From assembly GCA_030248215.1 (NCBI GenBank), contig JASANG010002067.1, positions 62,001 through 126,000 of the forward strand: 64,000 bases of DNA. Direction: 5' to 3'. The translations under genes and the position numbers were made by a program. The DNA is from Enoplolaimus lenunculus. Its lineage: Eukaryota. The first letter of the stretch is position 1, and each line of letters opens with the position of its first letter. Under the pieces are notes generated by a model. That model had not been told where the DNA came from. It made no database searches and was given only the letters and a program-made list of their open reading frames with translations. Positions 61,177 through 64,000 of the stretch are shown piece after piece.

Positions 61177-63518
61177 CTGTTGTAAATGAAAACAAAACTG
61201 GAAAACAATCATCTGCAAGCAGGATTCGCGGTGTTTGTTCAAATTAAAATCTCGCATAATTACAACAGTTGCGCGGTCTATAATTTGAGTCCACTGTGGT
61301 CTGCTTACAATGCACAATTCTAAACCTGAGCCTAAACCTAAGCCGCCTAAGTCTAAATATAAGCGTAATCCTAAACCAAAGCTTCCCACACTCGCAGCCC
61401 CGAGTACTGTTGCGCCACAATTTGTATCAATTACCTATATGACATTTCGCTTCTTGAACAGATACTTATTCTTCCCAGATAAGTGGAGTTGTGTTAATCT
61501 CAAAGTTGTGGCCACGAGTTAATTTTAGAGATACAATCTCTTATATTTTTTAACTTGCAAAATCTGGCAAATTGTAAACCCGGTATAAAAGTGCCTGCCT
61601 ATTTTTATGATGCCTCCATAAATCTCGGGAAGGCATAATATCTCTTTATCCTCCTTGCATACGCGATTGAACTGCAGATAATTGAGTATAAAATTGCATA
61701 CTTCGGCTTTATACAGAGGAGAAAACATGAAATTTAGTTGCTGTTTACGCAAGAATTTTGATTGATAGGAAAATAGCATTACAAATCAATAAGTTCCGAA
61801 ATGAAAAACAAATACTTCCGCTTCATTAGCGTATAGACATGATAATGTATTCAGTCCCAAGTTTTGATTGCGGCTTTGTGCCTTCCAGAGTACGATTTGT
61901 TATCGTCATCTCGGATTCACTCAGGTGTGATATGAAAATATGTTGGCGCCTAACCTTTATACATAAATGTGCCACTAGACGCCGGATGTTGAGGAGCCCA
62001 TAAACCTGAAATCTAAGCGTAAACATAAGCGTAATCCTAAGCATAAGGCTAATCCTAAGCAAAAGTCTAAGCTTCCTCGACTCAAAGTCCGCATATCTCT
62101 CAGTGGGCAGGGTTCAATCCCCTAATTAACATAAGCCGATCATTGCATAATGGTTCAAAAACTTGTGATATTTTTTAGGAGTTGTAGCTGCAGTACCATT
62201 GCCCAATATGCTCAGTATGCATATACCTGTATATCCCAATGCAAATGTTAAATGTATCCTGCTTGCACACTCATGCATATCATTCCGGCGGCGCCCATGG
62301 AGTTAAGGTGTGCACTGAAAAAACCTAAATTTCTTGCTTTATTTAAGCGCGACGAATTGAACCAGCGATATATGAAATTGAAATAAGGGTTGCTGTAAGG
62401 TGCGTTAACGTAAATTTAAATTTCCGCTTGTCATTAAACTGAGATGTACGAGTGGTGTTATTGTAGGAAACAATTAGTGCTTACAATAAACTTAGGACTT
62501 AGCCAGAGGTTCGGGCAAAAGTTTAGGTTTAGGATTACGCTTATTGTAGTGTGACACAAACAAAAGGGAGGGTGGTGGTCCCAACCAATATGGGTCCAAA
62601 TGTTCCAGATAGAGCCTATAAAAGAAACCAAAGAAGAAGCAGACACTAGACTGTTCAAATATGTAACAGACCGGCATAAAGTATAATAATTCGAGAGTAT
62701 AGATAACGGACATGGCAACCAACAAAAATGTTTAGAAGCAAGTCAGTTCTGCACAAAAAAGAATATAAAAAGATGGGGGTTTGGTCCAAACCGAAATAAC
62801 ACAGGGTGAAATAGAATTAATATACAGTCCGTAACCGAATAACAAAGGACACCCTCTGGATAGGCAAAATAAATATCAGACCTCCAGCCTTTTTTCTTGG
62901 GTTAATACAGTAGGCATAGCTTAGCCTCTTCATAAAACTTTATGATTAAAGAAATTAATGGGGAGAAAAGTGTACCCGATACAGGCTTCCTTACACTTCG
63001 ATAGGCAAACGGCAAACGTTATAAAGAGCAACTTATGGCGGAAAGTACTACTTTGAACGTCCTAGATATTAAGCACAATAAAAATTGTTTTTCCTGTTAA
63101 ATAAAGTTTTGGGCTAAAACTTTTGAACTTGGAAATGTTTCAAACATTTGGCACTGTCCTTAATACTTATGGTAGTACAAACACTGTGTATTTGAACATG
63201 CAAACATTGGCATGATTAAAAGATTTATAACTGCATTTCAAATCCTAGAAACATTTAACCGTACAACCCAGAATCGATGGTGACTATGGTCTAACCGGAT
63301 ATCCGTTTTCGGTAAAATTCGGTGTCCGTTCCCGTTATAGAATAATGGAGATGCGGTTAGTTTTACGCTCAAAATTGGCTTAAACAACGTATTTATCTGA
63401 CAGTTGGCCAATGTTACTTTAAAGGCCGTCCCATTTTTCCGGGACAGAAATGTACCACGAGTACCCGTCCCATTTTCTCGGGACAGCAATGTCCAGGAGT
63501 ACATTATAAAATATAATT

Positions 63519-64000
63519 GGGACATCGGGACAGTTGGGACAGATGAGACAGTGGACAGATGGGACAGTTGGGACAGCTGGGACAGTTGGGACAGATGGGA
63601 CAGTTGGGACAGATCGGACAGATGGAACAGCGGGACATATGGGACAGTTGGGGCAGATGGGACAAATGGGACCGATGGGACAGTTGGGACAGATGGGCAG
63701 ATGGGACAGTTGGGACAGATGGGCAGATGGGACAGTTGGGACACTTGGGACAGATGGGACAGATGGAACAAACGGGACAGATTGGACAGATAGGACAGTT
63801 GGGACAGATGGGACAGTTAGGACAGATGGGACAGTTGGGACAGATGGGACAGTTGGGACAGATGGGACAGATGAGACAGATGGGACACTTGGGACAGATG
63901 GGACAGTTGGGACAGATGGGACAGTTGGGACAGATGGGACAACTGGGACAGATGGGATAGTTGGGACAGTTGGGACAGATGGGACAAATGGGACAGTTGG
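63519..64000. repeat. 9-bp minisatellite GGGACAG(A/T)T running off the window end
   Basis: Alternating GGGACAGAT/GGGACAGTT units, preceded by GTCCCATTTT..CGGGAC dyads at 63428-63484. Confidence 0.93.

Noticed and set aside
63404..63960. Collagen-like or WD-rich ORFs
   Set aside because: These are translations of a 9-bp minisatellite open in several frames.

Overview
This is AT-rich, intron-containing eukaryotic DNA, most likely from a nematode (inferred from TTTTCAG acceptors, TTAGGC telomere-type repeats and nematode-like protein motifs). Four protein-coding genes can be reconstructed by hand. (1) A 7-exon RNA exosome cap subunit CSL4/EXOSC1 gene (+, 10015-26669). (2) A complete 3-exon NNMT/PNMT/TEMT-family methyltransferase gene (-, 14352-16866) nested antisense inside the 10.4-kb intron 3 of CSL4. 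(3) A 14-exon kindlin/UNC-112 gene (-, 34949-43901). (4) A UPF0729/C18orf32-like gene with a single coding exon (-, 52091-52453). The window opens in a >4.5-kb 18-bp palindromic satellite with higher-order structure and closes in a 9-bp minisatellite. Mobile DNA is dense: an internally deleted piggyBac with intact ends, an RNase H-bearing non-LTR retroelement 3' end, many hAT-type MITEs (8-bp TSDs), TA-flanked Tc/pogo-type MITEs, and a GG...CC, 8-bp-TSD (Merlin-like) MITE family carrying telomeric TTAGGC repeats. The most notable points are the nested gene pair, the missing AG at the last CSL4 acceptor, the telomere-repeat-carrying MITE, and a site where four element types are nested. No RNA genes or CRISPR arrays were recognised. 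All calls come from manual reading; no searches were run.
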